Notes: a model not told the origin generated them from the letters alone. A stretch of 64,000 nucleotides of DNA from Lentisphaeria bacterium (GCA_041690595.1 JAWLHB010000011.1:62001-126000); one strand, 5' to 3'. Counted from the stretch's first letter, positions 29,255 through 38,766 are shown. Made by a program: numbers and translations.

Positions 29255-30364
29255 ATGGAAGTGACCAGCGAAAAGCTGCACGAGATCGCATCGCATTTCA
29301 ATTTCGAGGGCATCGTCCAGACGATCCGCCCCTTTGGCCACGGTCATATCAACGACACCTTCCTGTGCGAGTGCCATGACGCTGACGGTCATCTGCACCA
29401 GTACACCCTGCAGAATATCAACACCGAGGTTTTCCGCGAGCCGGAAAAGGTGATGGAGAACATCGTGCGGGTAACGGAGCACCTGCGCGGTAAACTGCGG
29501 GAGACCGAGGGGGCGGATCCTGCGCGGGAGACGCTGGCCATCATTCCCAGCTATCAGGGCGACACCTGTTACCGCGATGGCGGCTGCTGCTGGCGCAGCT
29601 ATTCCTTCATCCCGGGCGCCGTCACCCACGACGTGGTGACCAACAATCAGCAGGCCTACGAGGCGGCGCGCACCTTTGCCCGCTTTCAGCGGCTTCTGGC
29701 CGATCTGCCGCTGCCCCGCCTGCATGAGACGATTCCGGATTTTCACAGCACACCTCGCCGATTTCAGGCGTTGCAGGCGGCCATCGTGGCGGACCCGCAC
29801 AATCGCGCGTCGCGTTGTCGACCGGAGATCAACTTTGCGCTGGCCCGCGAGGGAATCACCGATCGCATCACCAGCGCCCTTGCCGACGGCAGTATCCCGG
29901 AGCGAATCACCCACAACGACACCAAGATCAACAACATTCTCTTCGATGGTGCCTACGGGCACGCAGTCTGCGTGATCGATCTGGATACGGTCATGCCCGG
30001 CTCCAGTCTCTACGATTTTGGCGACATGGTCCGCACGTCCACCGGCGAATTCGAGGAGAATACCCCGGACCTGGAGACAGTTTTCGTCCTTCCCGATCGC
30101 TTCGACGCGTTGGCGCGCGGATACCTGGAAGAGGGCGGTACCTTCCTGTCGGCGGCCGAGATCGACCTGCTGGCCTTTTCCGGGTGCCTGATCACGTACG
30201 AGATCGGCATCCGCTTCCTGACGGATTTTCTGTTGGGGGATCGCTATTTCAAGACCAGTCACCCGCGGGAGAATCTGGATCGGGCCCGTACGCAGTTCCG
30301 CTTCGTGGAGAGCCTGGAGGGCCAGGTCGATGCGATGGAAGCGGCGGTGGAACGCTACCGGTGA
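29255..30364 (+). CDS. APH-fold sugar kinase (N-acetylhexosamine 1-kinase-like)
   Basis: GHGHINDTF, ETIPDFH, THNDTKINNILF, IDLDTVMPG, DFGD, RFLTDFLLGDRYFK. Confidence 0.88.
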   Translation: MEVTSEKLHEIASHFNFEGIVQTIRPFGHGHINDTFLCECHDADGHLHQYTLQNINTEVFREPEKVMENIVRVTEHLRGKLRETEGADPARETLAIIPSYQGDTCYRDGGCCWRSYSFIPGAVTHDVVTNNQQAYEAARTFARFQRLLADLPLPRLHETIPDFHSTPRRFQALQAAIVADPHNRASRCRPEINFALAREGITDRITSALADGSIPERITHNDTKINNILFDGAYGHAVCVIDLDTVMPGSSLYDFGDMVRTSTGEFEENTPDLETVFVLPDRFDALARGYLEEGGTFLSAAEIDLLAFSGCLITYEIGIRFLTDFLLGDRYFKTSHPRENLDRARTQFRFVESLEGQVDAMEAAVERYR

Positions 30365-30825
30365 TCAACGCGGGTGACGATCTGGCGGTACGCTTCGTAG
30401 AGGACGATGCCGACGGCGTTGGCCAGGTTGAGGCTGCGCGCATGGCGTCCGGGCATGGGGATGATGGTCATCTCGTTGCGGTAGCGCTCGTAGAAGGAGT
30501 CTGGCAGGCCGCTGGTCTCGCGTCCGAAGACAAGGTAATCTCCCAGCCGGTACTCCGCTTCGTAGTAGGGGCGGGTGCCTTTGGTGCTGGCAACGTGGAG
30601 GCGCTCAGGCGATTCCGCGGCAAGGAAGGCCTCCCAGTGCGGATGCACACGCAGGTCGAGGTGCTGCCAGTAATCGAGGCCGGCCCGGCGCAGATGAGTG
30701 GCGTCGAGTTGGAAGCCGAGGGGCTCGATGAGGTGAAGGCGGGCATCGAGATTGACGCAGAGGCGGCCGATGGCGCCGGTGTTCTGGGGGATCTCGGGAG
30801 CAAACAGCACAATATTGATGTCCAA
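30355..30825 (-). CDS. trmL: tRNA (cytidine/uridine-34 2'-O)-methyltransferase
   Basis: PEIPQNTGAIGR, LRRAGLDYW, FGRETSGLP, RSLNLAN. Confidence 0.93.
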   Translation of the reverse strand: MDINIVLFAPEIPQNTGAIGRLCVNLDARLHLIEPLGFQLDATHLRRAGLDYWQHLDLRVHPHWEAFLAAESPERLHVASTKGTRPYYEAEYRLGDYLVFGRETSGLPDSFYERYRNEMTIIPMPGRHARSLNLANAVGIVLYEAYRQIVTRVDHR

Positions 30826-30930
30826 AAGCTGAACCTCGGTAGCGAGAGTCGTTGATGTCGCGCTATACTGCTAATGCCGTTGGCGGAAATTCGCTACCCG
30901 ATCTATTGACAAAAGGCTGATGAGTTTGCC

Positions 30931-32106
30931 ATGCAGCATCCCGCTCCACATGCCACAGAGACTACGCCCTTCCCGCTCTCCGCGCGTGGCGAGGCCTTCC
31001 GGGCGCGCCATTTTCCCAATGCATCGGCGGCGGATTGGGGGGAGTGGCGCTGGCAGTTGCAGCACCGGTTGCGGTCGCCAGAGGATTTTCGGCGCTTCTT
31101 TCAGCTCTCGCCGGCGGAGGCCGAGGCGCTGGAACGGCCAGGGCGCGACTTCCCGGTCAGCCTGACTCCTTACTATGCTTCCCTGCTCGAGGCGGGTAAT
31201 CCGCTTGACCCGCTGCGCCGGACCATGCTGCCGGTGCCCGATGAGTTTGTGGTGAGCCCGAGCGAGTATCGAGATCCGCTGGCGGAAGACGCGCATACGC
31301 CGGTGCCGGGCGTTGTCCATCGCTATCCCGATCGCGCGCTCTTTCTGATGGGCGAGCAATGTCCGGTCTATTGCCGTTACTGCACGCGATCACGGCTGGT
31401 TGGCGGTCCGGCGGAGGTGCCGGCGAACCGCTCTCGCTGGCAGCGTGGTCTCGACTATATCGCGCGGACGCCAGCGATACGCGATGTGCTTGTCTCGGGG
31501 GGTGATCCCTTGATCTATCCTGACGCCAAGCTGGACTGGCTGCTGGCGGCGCTTCACGCCATTCCGCATGTCGAGATGATTCGCCTTGGCACCAAGATCC
31601 CGATGGTGCTTCCGCAGCGCATCACGCCGGCGCTTTGTGCCGTGCTCGGGCGCTATCCGCCCCTCTATCTGAGCGTACATGCCACCCATCCCCGCGAACT
31701 TACGCTGGAAGTGGCCGAAGCCTGCCGCCGTCTGGCGTGCGCCGGCGTCGTGATGCGCAGTCAGACCGTGCTGCTGAAAGGGATCAATGACGATGCGGAG
31801 ACCATCCGCGAGCTGATGCACGGCCTGTTGAAGGTACGCATCAGCCCCTATTATCTGCTGCAGGGCGATCCTATCCAGGGCTCCGCCCACTTTCGCACCC
31901 CTGTGCAGGCGGGTATCGATATTATCCGCGCCCTGCGGGGACATACCAGCGGCTATGCTGTGCCGCACTTCATTGTCGACACGCCCAATGGCGGTGGCAA
32001 GATCTCCCTCGACCCCGACTACGTTCAGGCTCGCGACGGCGATGATTTGCTGATCACCAACTACGAAGGCAAGGGTGGCTTCCGCTATCCGGACCCACTC
32101 TCGTGA
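30931..32106 (+). CDS. KamA-family radical SAM aminomutase
   Basis: WRWQL, HRYPDR, CPVYCRYCTR, SGGDPL, QTVLLKGIND, GHTSGYAVP, GGGKI (PLP lysine). Confidence 0.92.
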   Translation: MQHPAPHATETTPFPLSARGEAFRARHFPNASAADWGEWRWQLQHRLRSPEDFRRFFQLSPAEAEALERPGRDFPVSLTPYYASLLEAGNPLDPLRRTMLPVPDEFVVSPSEYRDPLAEDAHTPVPGVVHRYPDRALFLMGEQCPVYCRYCTRSRLVGGPAEVPANRSRWQRGLDYIARTPAIRDVLVSGGDPLIYPDAKLDWLLAALHAIPHVEMIRLGTKIPMVLPQRITPALCAVLGRYPPLYLSVHATHPRELTLEVAEACRRLACAGVVMRSQTVLLKGINDDAETIRELMHGLLKVRISPYYLLQGDPIQGSAHFRTPVQAGIDIIRALRGHTSGYAVPHFIVDTPNGGGKISLDPDYVQARDGDDLLITNYEGKGGFRYPDPLS

Positions 32107-32131
32107 TCAGCCCCTGCCGCGCATCTTCGTT

Positions 32132-32872
32132 TCAACGCAGGCGGATGTGCTTGTCGACGCCCATGGAGAAGTAGTTGGCGCCGCCGTGGGGCTGTGGCCA
32201 GGCGCGATACTCGGTGAGGGTGTTGGGGTGCCAGAGGGCATTGCCCTGATGGGTGATGACGTGGCCTCCGGTTTCGTGGGACCAGCGACGGGAATAGACG
32301 CCGGTGGTGCTGAAGGCAATGAAACCGCCGGGTTTGCGGTAACCGGCGGCATCGGTGAAGAGGGCGCGATAGTTGTTTTCGGGATTGGTCATGTTGTTGC
32401 GTCCATAGTCGAGGGCGAGAAAGGCAAAGGCGCCAGTGGCGCCGGCATTGCCGTAGAGCATGGTTCTCCAGCTGTTGTAGCGATAGTCGTAATGGGTGCC
32501 GGTGGTGTAGGCGCCGATCCTGGCGGGGACATCCTGAGTGGGGCAGTTGAGGATGTCGAGGCTGAGGTACTTGTACCGGTACATGGTGCCGAGACCAGTA
32601 TCGATGCCGGCGCTGTAGTTGAGGGCAAGCTGAGCGCTGTCGCTGCCATAGCTGGCATCGTTCAGCGGAAAGTAGGCGGCAAAATCATCGCTATCGTCGA
32701 CGTACTGATATGCTGCCAGATGAAGCTGGCGAAGGTTATTCATGCAGACCGTACGTCGGGCTTTGTCGCGGGCAGCGCTGAGGGCTGGGAGGAGCAGCGA
32801 AGCGAGGATGGAGATTATCGCGACCACAACGAGAAGCTCGATCAAGGTGAATCTGGGCAGGTTCCGTGTCAT
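32132..32872 (-). CDS. Prepilin-type N-terminal cleavage/methylation protein (DUF1559-like)
   Basis: [45 protein letters not shown] motif; C-terminal H-x9-QG variant. Confidence 0.88.
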   Translation of the reverse strand: MTRNLPRFTLIELLVVVAIISILASLLLPALSAARDKARRTVCMNNLRQLHLAAYQYVDDSDDFAAYFPLNDASYGSDSAQLALNYSAGIDTGLGTMYRYKYLSLDILNCPTQDVPARIGAYTTGTHYDYRYNSWRTMLYGNAGATGAFAFLALDYGRNNMTNPENNYRALFTDAAGYRKPGGFIAFSTTGVYSRRWSHETGGHVITHQGNALWHPNTLTEYRAWPQPHGGANYFSMGVDKHIRLR

Positions 32873-33142
32873 GGGAAGGTCTCAGTAAGTTCCGGGTTCT
32901 GTGATGCGTCGGTGAAAGGAGGGGAAGTTCGATAGCAATATGATATCATTTGAAGACGCTTTTTCCAAGTGCTGGAGTGAAGTAAAGGTGGATGATGGAG
33001 CCTTCGCGGGAGTGGTCGGCACAGATAAAAAGGAGGCCGAATCTTGAAAAATGCTTGCATGGCGCTTCCTTACCTGCATAGGGAGGGGGATAACCCCCCT
33101 CGATCGCGAGCAACAATCACCCGGATAGTACTGGAGCGAGAG

Positions 33143-33652
33143 ATGGACAAGCAGCCAGTGGTAGCCCTGCTGATGGGCAGCAAGTCGGACCTTCCCAAGC
33201 TGGAGAAGACACTGAAGACGCTGAAGAACTTTGGGATTCCGTTTTCGGCGCATGTGATGTCGGCGCATCGCACACCCGCGGCGGTGATGGCGTTCGCGGA
33301 GTCGGCGGAGGCGAAGGGGTATAAAGTGATCCTGACGGCGGCGGGGAATGCGGCGCATCTTGGCGGCGTGGTGGCGGCGCATACGCTGTTGCCGGTGATC
33401 GGGATACCGGTGCAGGGTGGCGCGTTGAACGGCATGGACGCCCTGCTGGCAACCGTGCAGATGCCGGGCGGAATCCCAGTGGCGTCGGTGGCGATCGGCT
33501 CGGGTGGGGCCATGAACGCTGCTCTCTTCGCGATTCACATTCTGGCGCTGAGCGATCCGGAGGTCCGGCAGAAGCTGGCGGATTTCCGGGCGAGTCAACA
33601 GGATGAAGTGGCGGCGGCTGATGCCGAGTTGCAGAACGAGCTGAAAGGCTGA
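33143..33652 (+). CDS. purE: N5-CAIR mutase
   Basis: MGSKSD, SAHRTP, AGNAAHLGG, PVIGIP, VQMPGGIPVA. Confidence 0.95.
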   Translation: MDKQPVVALLMGSKSDLPKLEKTLKTLKNFGIPFSAHVMSAHRTPAAVMAFAESAEAKGYKVILTAAGNAAHLGGVVAAHTLLPVIGIPVQGGALNGMDALLATVQMPGGIPVASVAIGSGGAMNAALFAIHILALSDPEVRQKLADFRASQQDEVAAADAELQNELKG

Positions 33653-33677
33653 TTACGGTCGAAGGCGGGTCAGGCGC

Positions 33678-34289
33678 ATGGATCATTACGAGCTGTCAGC
33701 GATAGAGGATGAGGCGGCGTTGGCCGAGCTGCTGGCAAAGCGGCTGGCCGCGGGTGAAGTCGGCATTTTGCCGACGGACACGGTACATGGGATCATGTGC
33801 GCCTTTGACAACGGCGAGGCTCGGAGCCGCATTTACCGGATGAAGGGTCGCGACCTCTCTAAGGAAATGCAGGTGTTGATCGGCTCGGGTGACGAGATGG
33901 CCAGTTTGGGCGTGCCGTATGGCGCGGCGATGGCGGCGTTGGCCGCTCAGTACTGGCCGGGTCCGTTGACGGTGGTGCTGGCGGCCAATGACGGTCGTGA
34001 GCATGGCATCCGTGTGCCTGACCATGCCTTTCTGCGCCGGGTGCTGGCCCATGGGGCGCTGAACGCGACGAGTGCGAATCGCGCGGGAGGCTCGCCCACG
34101 GAGAGCCTGGCGGCAGGTTTTGCGGATCTGGCGGAGATGCCGGATTTTGTGGTTCATGGTGAGGCTGGACGAGGTTTGGCCTCGACGGTGATCCGGTTGA
34201 GCGGATGGCGGGCCGAGTGTTTGCGCGAGGAGGCGGTGCCCTTCAGCGAGATCGAGGCGTTGTTGAACGAGGTGTCGGACAATGCCTAA
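33678..34289 (+). CDS. tsaC: Threonylcarbamoyl-AMP synthase (YrdC/Sua5)
   Basis: PTDTVHG, IYRMKGR, WPGPLT, GIRVPDH, TSAN, ASTV. Confidence 0.88.
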   Translation: MDHYELSAIEDEAALAELLAKRLAAGEVGILPTDTVHGIMCAFDNGEARSRIYRMKGRDLSKEMQVLIGSGDEMASLGVPYGAAMAALAAQYWPGPLTVVLAANDGREHGIRVPDHAFLRRVLAHGALNATSANRAGGSPTESLAAGFADLAEMPDFVVHGEAGRGLASTVIRLSGWRAECLREEAVPFSEIEALLNEVSDNA

Positions 34290-35532
34290 GGCGAAGACGA
34301 CGATTACGGCGATCGAGATTGGAACGAGCGCGATCAAGCTGATCCTGGGTGAACCCCAGGGTGAGGGTAACATGATCGTGCACGGTTACGAGGAAGTGAA
34401 GGCACAGAGCCGGGTGATGAAGGGGGAGATCTCGCATGTGGAAGCGCTTGAGGAGCCGCTGAGCAAAGCGCTGAACAAGCTGGAGGAGAAGTCGGGGCAG
34501 CGGATCCGCGCGGTGTGCCTGGCGGTGACGGGTAACCACATCGGCTCAGTCAACGCGCAGTCGAGTGTGCCGATCACGTCGGCGGATCGGACGGTGACGG
34601 ATCACGAGATGCTGGAGGTGCTGGAACATGCCGAGGCGTACTCGCTGCCGATCGACCGCCGGTCGCTGCACCGCTATCAGCGTCCGTTTCTGCTGGATCG
34701 GCTGCGGCCATGTCAAGATCCCCGCGGCATGGTGACGAATCAGTTGACGGCAAATATCCAGATAATCTTTGGCAACGAGAACATCATTCGGACCTCGGAG
34801 TCGCTGGTTGAGACGGTGCTCGGATCGCCGCCGGACGAGTTAGCCTTCAGCGCGATTGCGGACTACCATGGCCTTGGGTTGCCCGGTGCCTGTGAACTTG
34901 GAGTGCTGGTGATCGATATCGGGGCTGGGGTGACGGAGTACGCGCTGGTGAAGAACGATACCTGCCTGCTGGCGGGCCAGGTGACGGTGGGGTGCGACCA
35001 TATCGCCAACGACCTCTCGATCGGGTTGCGGCTACCGATCGGCCGTTGCCGCGAGATGGTGAAGCGGGATATACGGGCGCGTCGTTCGACGGAGGACAGC
35101 ACCGCGGTGCTGCAGGTGGAGACGTCGATCGGGCATCCGCCGCGAATGATCCGGAAAAGCGCGGTGACCAGTATCGTGGAAGCGCGCTTGAGTGAGTTGT
35201 TCGAGGTGGTTCGCGAGGAGCTGCGGTCGCAGGAGATGTTGAAGCATCTGGGAGATCGGATTGTACTGTGCGGAGGCGGTGCGCTGATTCCGGAGATCGA
35301 GGAGCTGGCGGGCGCGGCCTTCACGGTGCCGGTGGCGATCGGGCGGCCCGCGGGGATCACGGGAGCGCAGAGCGGTCTGGATTCGCCGCGCATGATTACC
35401 GCGGTGGGGCTGCTGCATTATTGTGACTACATGGCGCGGCTGCGCGAGGCGCATGACCCGTCCTTCAGGCAGCTGTTCGGTGGGGAAGTGCAACGGCTGA
35501 TGGGGCTGTTCAAACGGGCATTTCGTATCTAG
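34282..35532 (+). CDS. ftsA: Cell division protein FtsA
   Basis: Actin-fold motifs IEIGTSAIK, IDIGAGVT, GCDHIANDL, IVEARLSE, VLCGGGA; immediately upstream of ftsZ. Confidence 0.9.
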   Translation: MPKAKTTITAIEIGTSAIKLILGEPQGEGNMIVHGYEEVKAQSRVMKGEISHVEALEEPLSKALNKLEEKSGQRIRAVCLAVTGNHIGSVNAQSSVPITSADRTVTDHEMLEVLEHAEAYSLPIDRRSLHRYQRPFLLDRLRPCQDPRGMVTNQLTANIQIIFGNENIIRTSESLVETVLGSPPDELAFSAIADYHGLGLPGACELGVLVIDIGAGVTEYALVKNDTCLLAGQVTVGCDHIANDLSIGLRLPIGRCREMVKRDIRARRSTEDSTAVLQVETSIGHPPRMIRKSAVTSIVEARLSELFEVVREELRSQEMLKHLGDRIVLCGGGALIPEIEELAGAAFTVPVAIGRPAGITGAQSGLDSPRMITAVGLLHYCDYMARLREAHDPSFRQLFGGEVQRLMGLFKRAFRI

Positions 35533-35541
35533 AGGTGAGGC

Positions 35542-36705
35542 GTGACGGACGAGACAAAGAGTGAATTGAGCATCCTGGCGTTGGGTGGCGGAGCCGGTAA
35601 GATCGGGCGACTGGTGGCCGATACCTATTCGTCGCGATGGTTGCAGATTGCCTATCTGGATACGGATGTGCGGGACCTGGATTTTGTGGATGGCGTCCTG
35701 CAAGTGCCGTTGGGGCAGGAATGGACGCGCGACCAGGGATGTGGCGATGATCCGGTGCTGGGGCAGCATGCGGCGGAGGCGAGTATCGAAGCGATTCGCG
35801 AAGCGATCGGGGAGACGAAGATGCTGCTGGTGATGACGTGTCTGGGAGGCGGCCTGGGATCGGGAGCGGCCGCGACTCTGGCGCGCCTGGCGAAGGAGAT
35901 GGAGCTGATGAGCTTCTTTCTGGTGAGCCTGCCGATGGCGGGCGAGGGAAATGGGCCGCGTCAGATCGCCGAAAATGCTCTGCGGCAGTTGCGCAGCGAC
36001 GCCGACGTGGTCGTGGCGGTGCCGAACGATTTGCTCTTCAACCAGTTGCCGACGAATACCCCGGCGGGCGATGCGTTTGCGCTCGCCAATCAGGTCTTTG
36101 CCGATGGCTTGATCGGTTTGGCGGAGTTGGCGAGGTGCCGGGGCATCATACCGCTGGACTTCAGCAGCATGAAGACGGTGCTCAAGGGGCGGGAGGCGCA
36201 TTGCTCGATCGGTATTGGGAGGGCATCCGGCGAGGGCAAGGCGGCGGCCGCGGTGGAGATGCTCTTCCAGTCGCCGTTGCTGGGGGGCAAGGAGTATGTG
36301 TCCCGGGCGGATGCGGTGATCGGTACGCTGGTTGGCGGAACCGATATGGCACTAGGTGACCTGAACCAGTGCCTGGCCCAGGTGAATGAGCATCTGAGCC
36401 CGACGACTCGCAGTTTTCTGGGCGCGAATCTGGTGCCGGAGCGCGGCGATGAGATGCAGCTGACCTTGCTGGCGGTGCATTACCAGAAAGCCGAAGCGCC
36501 GGCCAGTCTGCCGAGGAATACCCGGCCCAATCGCGGCCTGGCACCGGCCCTGGATGGAACGCGGCAGTTCAAGCTGCCTTTTGTGGAAGAGGCTGGTTCG
36601 CTGGGGATCTTTGACGACAGCACGGCGACGACGCATCTTGGGGAGAATCTGGATATCCCCACGTATCTGCGCCGTGGGATTACGCTCGACCTGGAGGCGC
36701 CATGA
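35542..36705 (+). CDS. ftsZ: Divergent FtsZ
   Basis: LGGGAG, DTD, GCGDDP, GGGLGSG, PMAGEG, VPND, LDFSS and C-terminal LDIPTYLRRG. Confidence 0.85.
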   Translation: MTDETKSELSILALGGGAGKIGRLVADTYSSRWLQIAYLDTDVRDLDFVDGVLQVPLGQEWTRDQGCGDDPVLGQHAAEASIEAIREAIGETKMLLVMTCLGGGLGSGAAATLARLAKEMELMSFFLVSLPMAGEGNGPRQIAENALRQLRSDADVVVAVPNDLLFNQLPTNTPAGDAFALANQVFADGLIGLAELARCRGIIPLDFSSMKTVLKGREAHCSIGIGRASGEGKAAAAVEMLFQSPLLGGKEYVSRADAVIGTLVGGTDMALGDLNQCLAQVNEHLSPTTRSFLGANLVPERGDEMQLTLLAVHYQKAEAPASLPRNTRPNRGLAPALDGTRQFKLPFVEEAGSLGIFDDSTATTHLGENLDIPTYLRRGITLDLEAP

Positions 36706-37625
36706 GCCGCGTCCCGATCTCCATTCTCGTGCTCTCCGTGCTGGTTGCGCAGGGCTGCAATCGAAAGTCCGCGCTTCCGGAGACTCCACCGCCGCCGGCT
36801 ATCGATCTGCGTGTCGATGCTGATAGTGCCTTTGGCATGCTGGTTGAACAGGTCGAGATTGGCCCTCGCCACAGCGGTTCGCCAGGAGCGCGAACGACGG
36901 CCGAGTATATTGCCGGCAAGGCGGCTGAGTTCGGCTATGAGGCTACAATCGACACATGGGATGAGGTAACGACGGCAGGGAAGGTGACCTTCCACAACGT
37001 CTACGCGGAGTTGCCTGGACCGCGGCCGGGGTTCCTGCTGTTGGGGAGTCACTTCGATACGAAGTATCTGCCGGGTATGGCGTTTCAGGGGGCAAACGAT
37101 GCTGCTTCGAGCACGGCGCTCCTGCTTGAGATCATGCGGGTGTTGCGTGGGATCGATGGTTGGCAGGGGCGGACCCTGCGCTTTGCCTTTTTCGATGGCG
37201 AGGAGGCGCGCCGGAAATATGGGGAGAAGGATGGCCTGCACGGGAGCAAGCGTCTGGCGGCGCGCTTTCAGCGCGAGGGGCTGGTGGAGCAGTGCCGGGC
37301 CATGCTGCTGCTGGATATGGTGGGGGACAAGGATCTCTCCATCACCATGCCGCGGGATAGTGATTCGCAGCTGGCCCGCGATGTTTTGCGGGCAGCCGAG
37401 GCTCAGGGAGTACGCGAGCACTTTGGTTTCTTTCTGCGAGGCAGTATACTTGACGATCATGTGCCCTTTCAGCAACTGGGCATCCCGGCCGTGAATCTCA
37501 TTGACTTCACCTATGGCCCGAGCAACAGTTATTGGCACAATGAGAGCGATTCGTTAGACAACGTTGCACCGCGCAGCCTCGAGATCGTGGGCAATGTGGT
37601 TCTACACTTGATCCAGCAATGGTAA
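36702..37625 (+). CDS. M28-family lipoprotein, glutaminyl-cyclase-like
   Basis: Lipobox AQGC; GSHFDTK, GANDAAS, FFDGEEA, LLDMVG, DDHVPF, YWHNESD. Confidence 0.85.
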   Translation: MSRVPISILVLSVLVAQGCNRKSALPETPPPPAIDLRVDADSAFGMLVEQVEIGPRHSGSPGARTTAEYIAGKAAEFGYEATIDTWDEVTTAGKVTFHNVYAELPGPRPGFLLLGSHFDTKYLPGMAFQGANDAASSTALLLEIMRVLRGIDGWQGRTLRFAFFDGEEARRKYGEKDGLHGSKRLAARFQREGLVEQCRAMLLLDMVGDKDLSITMPRDSDSQLARDVLRAAEAQGVREHFGFFLRGSILDDHVPFQQLGIPAVNLIDFTYGPSNSYWHNESDSLDNVAPRSLEIVGNVVLHLIQQW

Positions 37626-37649
37626 CCGACTTTACAGGCAGATTTTCAG

Positions 37650-38747
37650 ATGAATGATCCGGACGCTTCGACGACTCCGCCACCTCCTCCCCCCGCACCA
37701 GTGAGAACTCCTCCGGAGCCGGCTGCCAGAAAGAAGTCGCTCCACAACCGCAGCTGCTTTGGCTGTTCGATGGCGCTACTGGTCGTCGGCGCGATCTTCA
37801 GCGTCGCGATCATCGGGTTGCTGGCCATGGGCGTGCTGGGGAGCCTCTCCTCGGGCTTCTCGGCCGCGAACAAGGGGCACTATCAGGAGGAGTGGGAAGA
37901 AGAGGGAGCCGGTCTGTCGAAGATCGTCATCATCGATGTGGCTGGTGTGATCAGTTCGGCGGACACGCTGTCGTATCCGGCGAGTTCGCAGGAGATCATT
38001 CGCCAACTGCGGCAGGCAAGTGAAGACGAGGCGGTTGCGGCAGTTGTGCTGGATATGAACACGCCTGGCGGCGAAGTGATTGCGACGGATGAGATCCATC
38101 ACGAGATTCAACGGCTGCGGGAGGAGCACCAGCTGCCGGTGGTCACCTGCATGCGCACCGTGGCGGCAAGTGGCGGCTATTACATCGCCGCGGGAACGGA
38201 CTGGATTGTTGCCAATCGCATGACCTTCACCGGAAGCATCGGCGTTATCATGGGCGGCTTTGACATGACCCGCCTGCTGGAGGGGTGGAAGATCGAGCCA
38301 ATCATTTATAAATCCGGCTCCAAGAAGGACATCATGAGCATGACGCGGCCTCCCACCCCCGAGGAGAAGCTGATACTGCAGGCCCTGATCGAGCAGACCT
38401 TCCACGAGTTTGCCCTGATCGTGGCGACCGGGCGAAATCTCTCGCTGGACGCGGTGAAAGATCCCGCCGGCTCCATTGGTGACGGTCGGCTGCTCAGTGG
38501 CGCGCAGGCTCTCGAGCTGGGGTTGGTGGATGAGCTTGGTTATATGGAAAATGCGATTGCGAAGGCGAGAGAACTGGCCAAGGATCCTGGGGCGGGTGTC
38601 GTGCGTTATCACGATCAGCCGTCGCTGATGAATCTCTTGCGCATGCAGGGCGAAGCAGGCGGGAGCATCACGGTGGAGCTGCCCGGCCTGGAAGGCCCGC
38701 GGCTGCAGCGAGGAATTGCCTATTACCTGAGCGAATCGGCTCTCTGA
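37650..38747 (+). CDS. sppA: Signal peptide peptidase A (S49)
   Basis: N-terminal TM helix; NTPGG, AASGGYYIA, TGSIGV, SGSKKD, GLVDELG. Confidence 0.92.
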   Translation: MNDPDASTTPPPPPPAPVRTPPEPAARKKSLHNRSCFGCSMALLVVGAIFSVAIIGLLAMGVLGSLSSGFSAANKGHYQEEWEEEGAGLSKIVIIDVAGVISSADTLSYPASSQEIIRQLRQASEDEAVAAVVLDMNTPGGEVIATDEIHHEIQRLREEHQLPVVTCMRTVAASGGYYIAAGTDWIVANRMTFTGSIGVIMGGFDMTRLLEGWKIEPIIYKSGSKKDIMSMTRPPTPEEKLILQALIEQTFHEFALIVATGRNLSLDAVKDPAGSIGDGRLLSGAQALELGLVDELGYMENAIAKARELAKDPGAGVVRYHDQPSLMNLLRMQGEAGGSITVELPGLEGPRLQRGIAYYLSESAL

Positions 38748-38766
38748 TCGCGCGGCTCAGGCGGCG

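Noticed and set aside
28319..30262. 647-aa minus-strand ORF
   Set aside because: Antisense to the nucleotidyltransferase and kinase genes, which carry clear family motifs.
30931..32106. KamA-family gene as epmB or as part of a lysine fermentation or ablAB operon
   Set aside because: No efp, epmA, kamDE or ablB adjacent; the substrate cannot be assigned from sequence.
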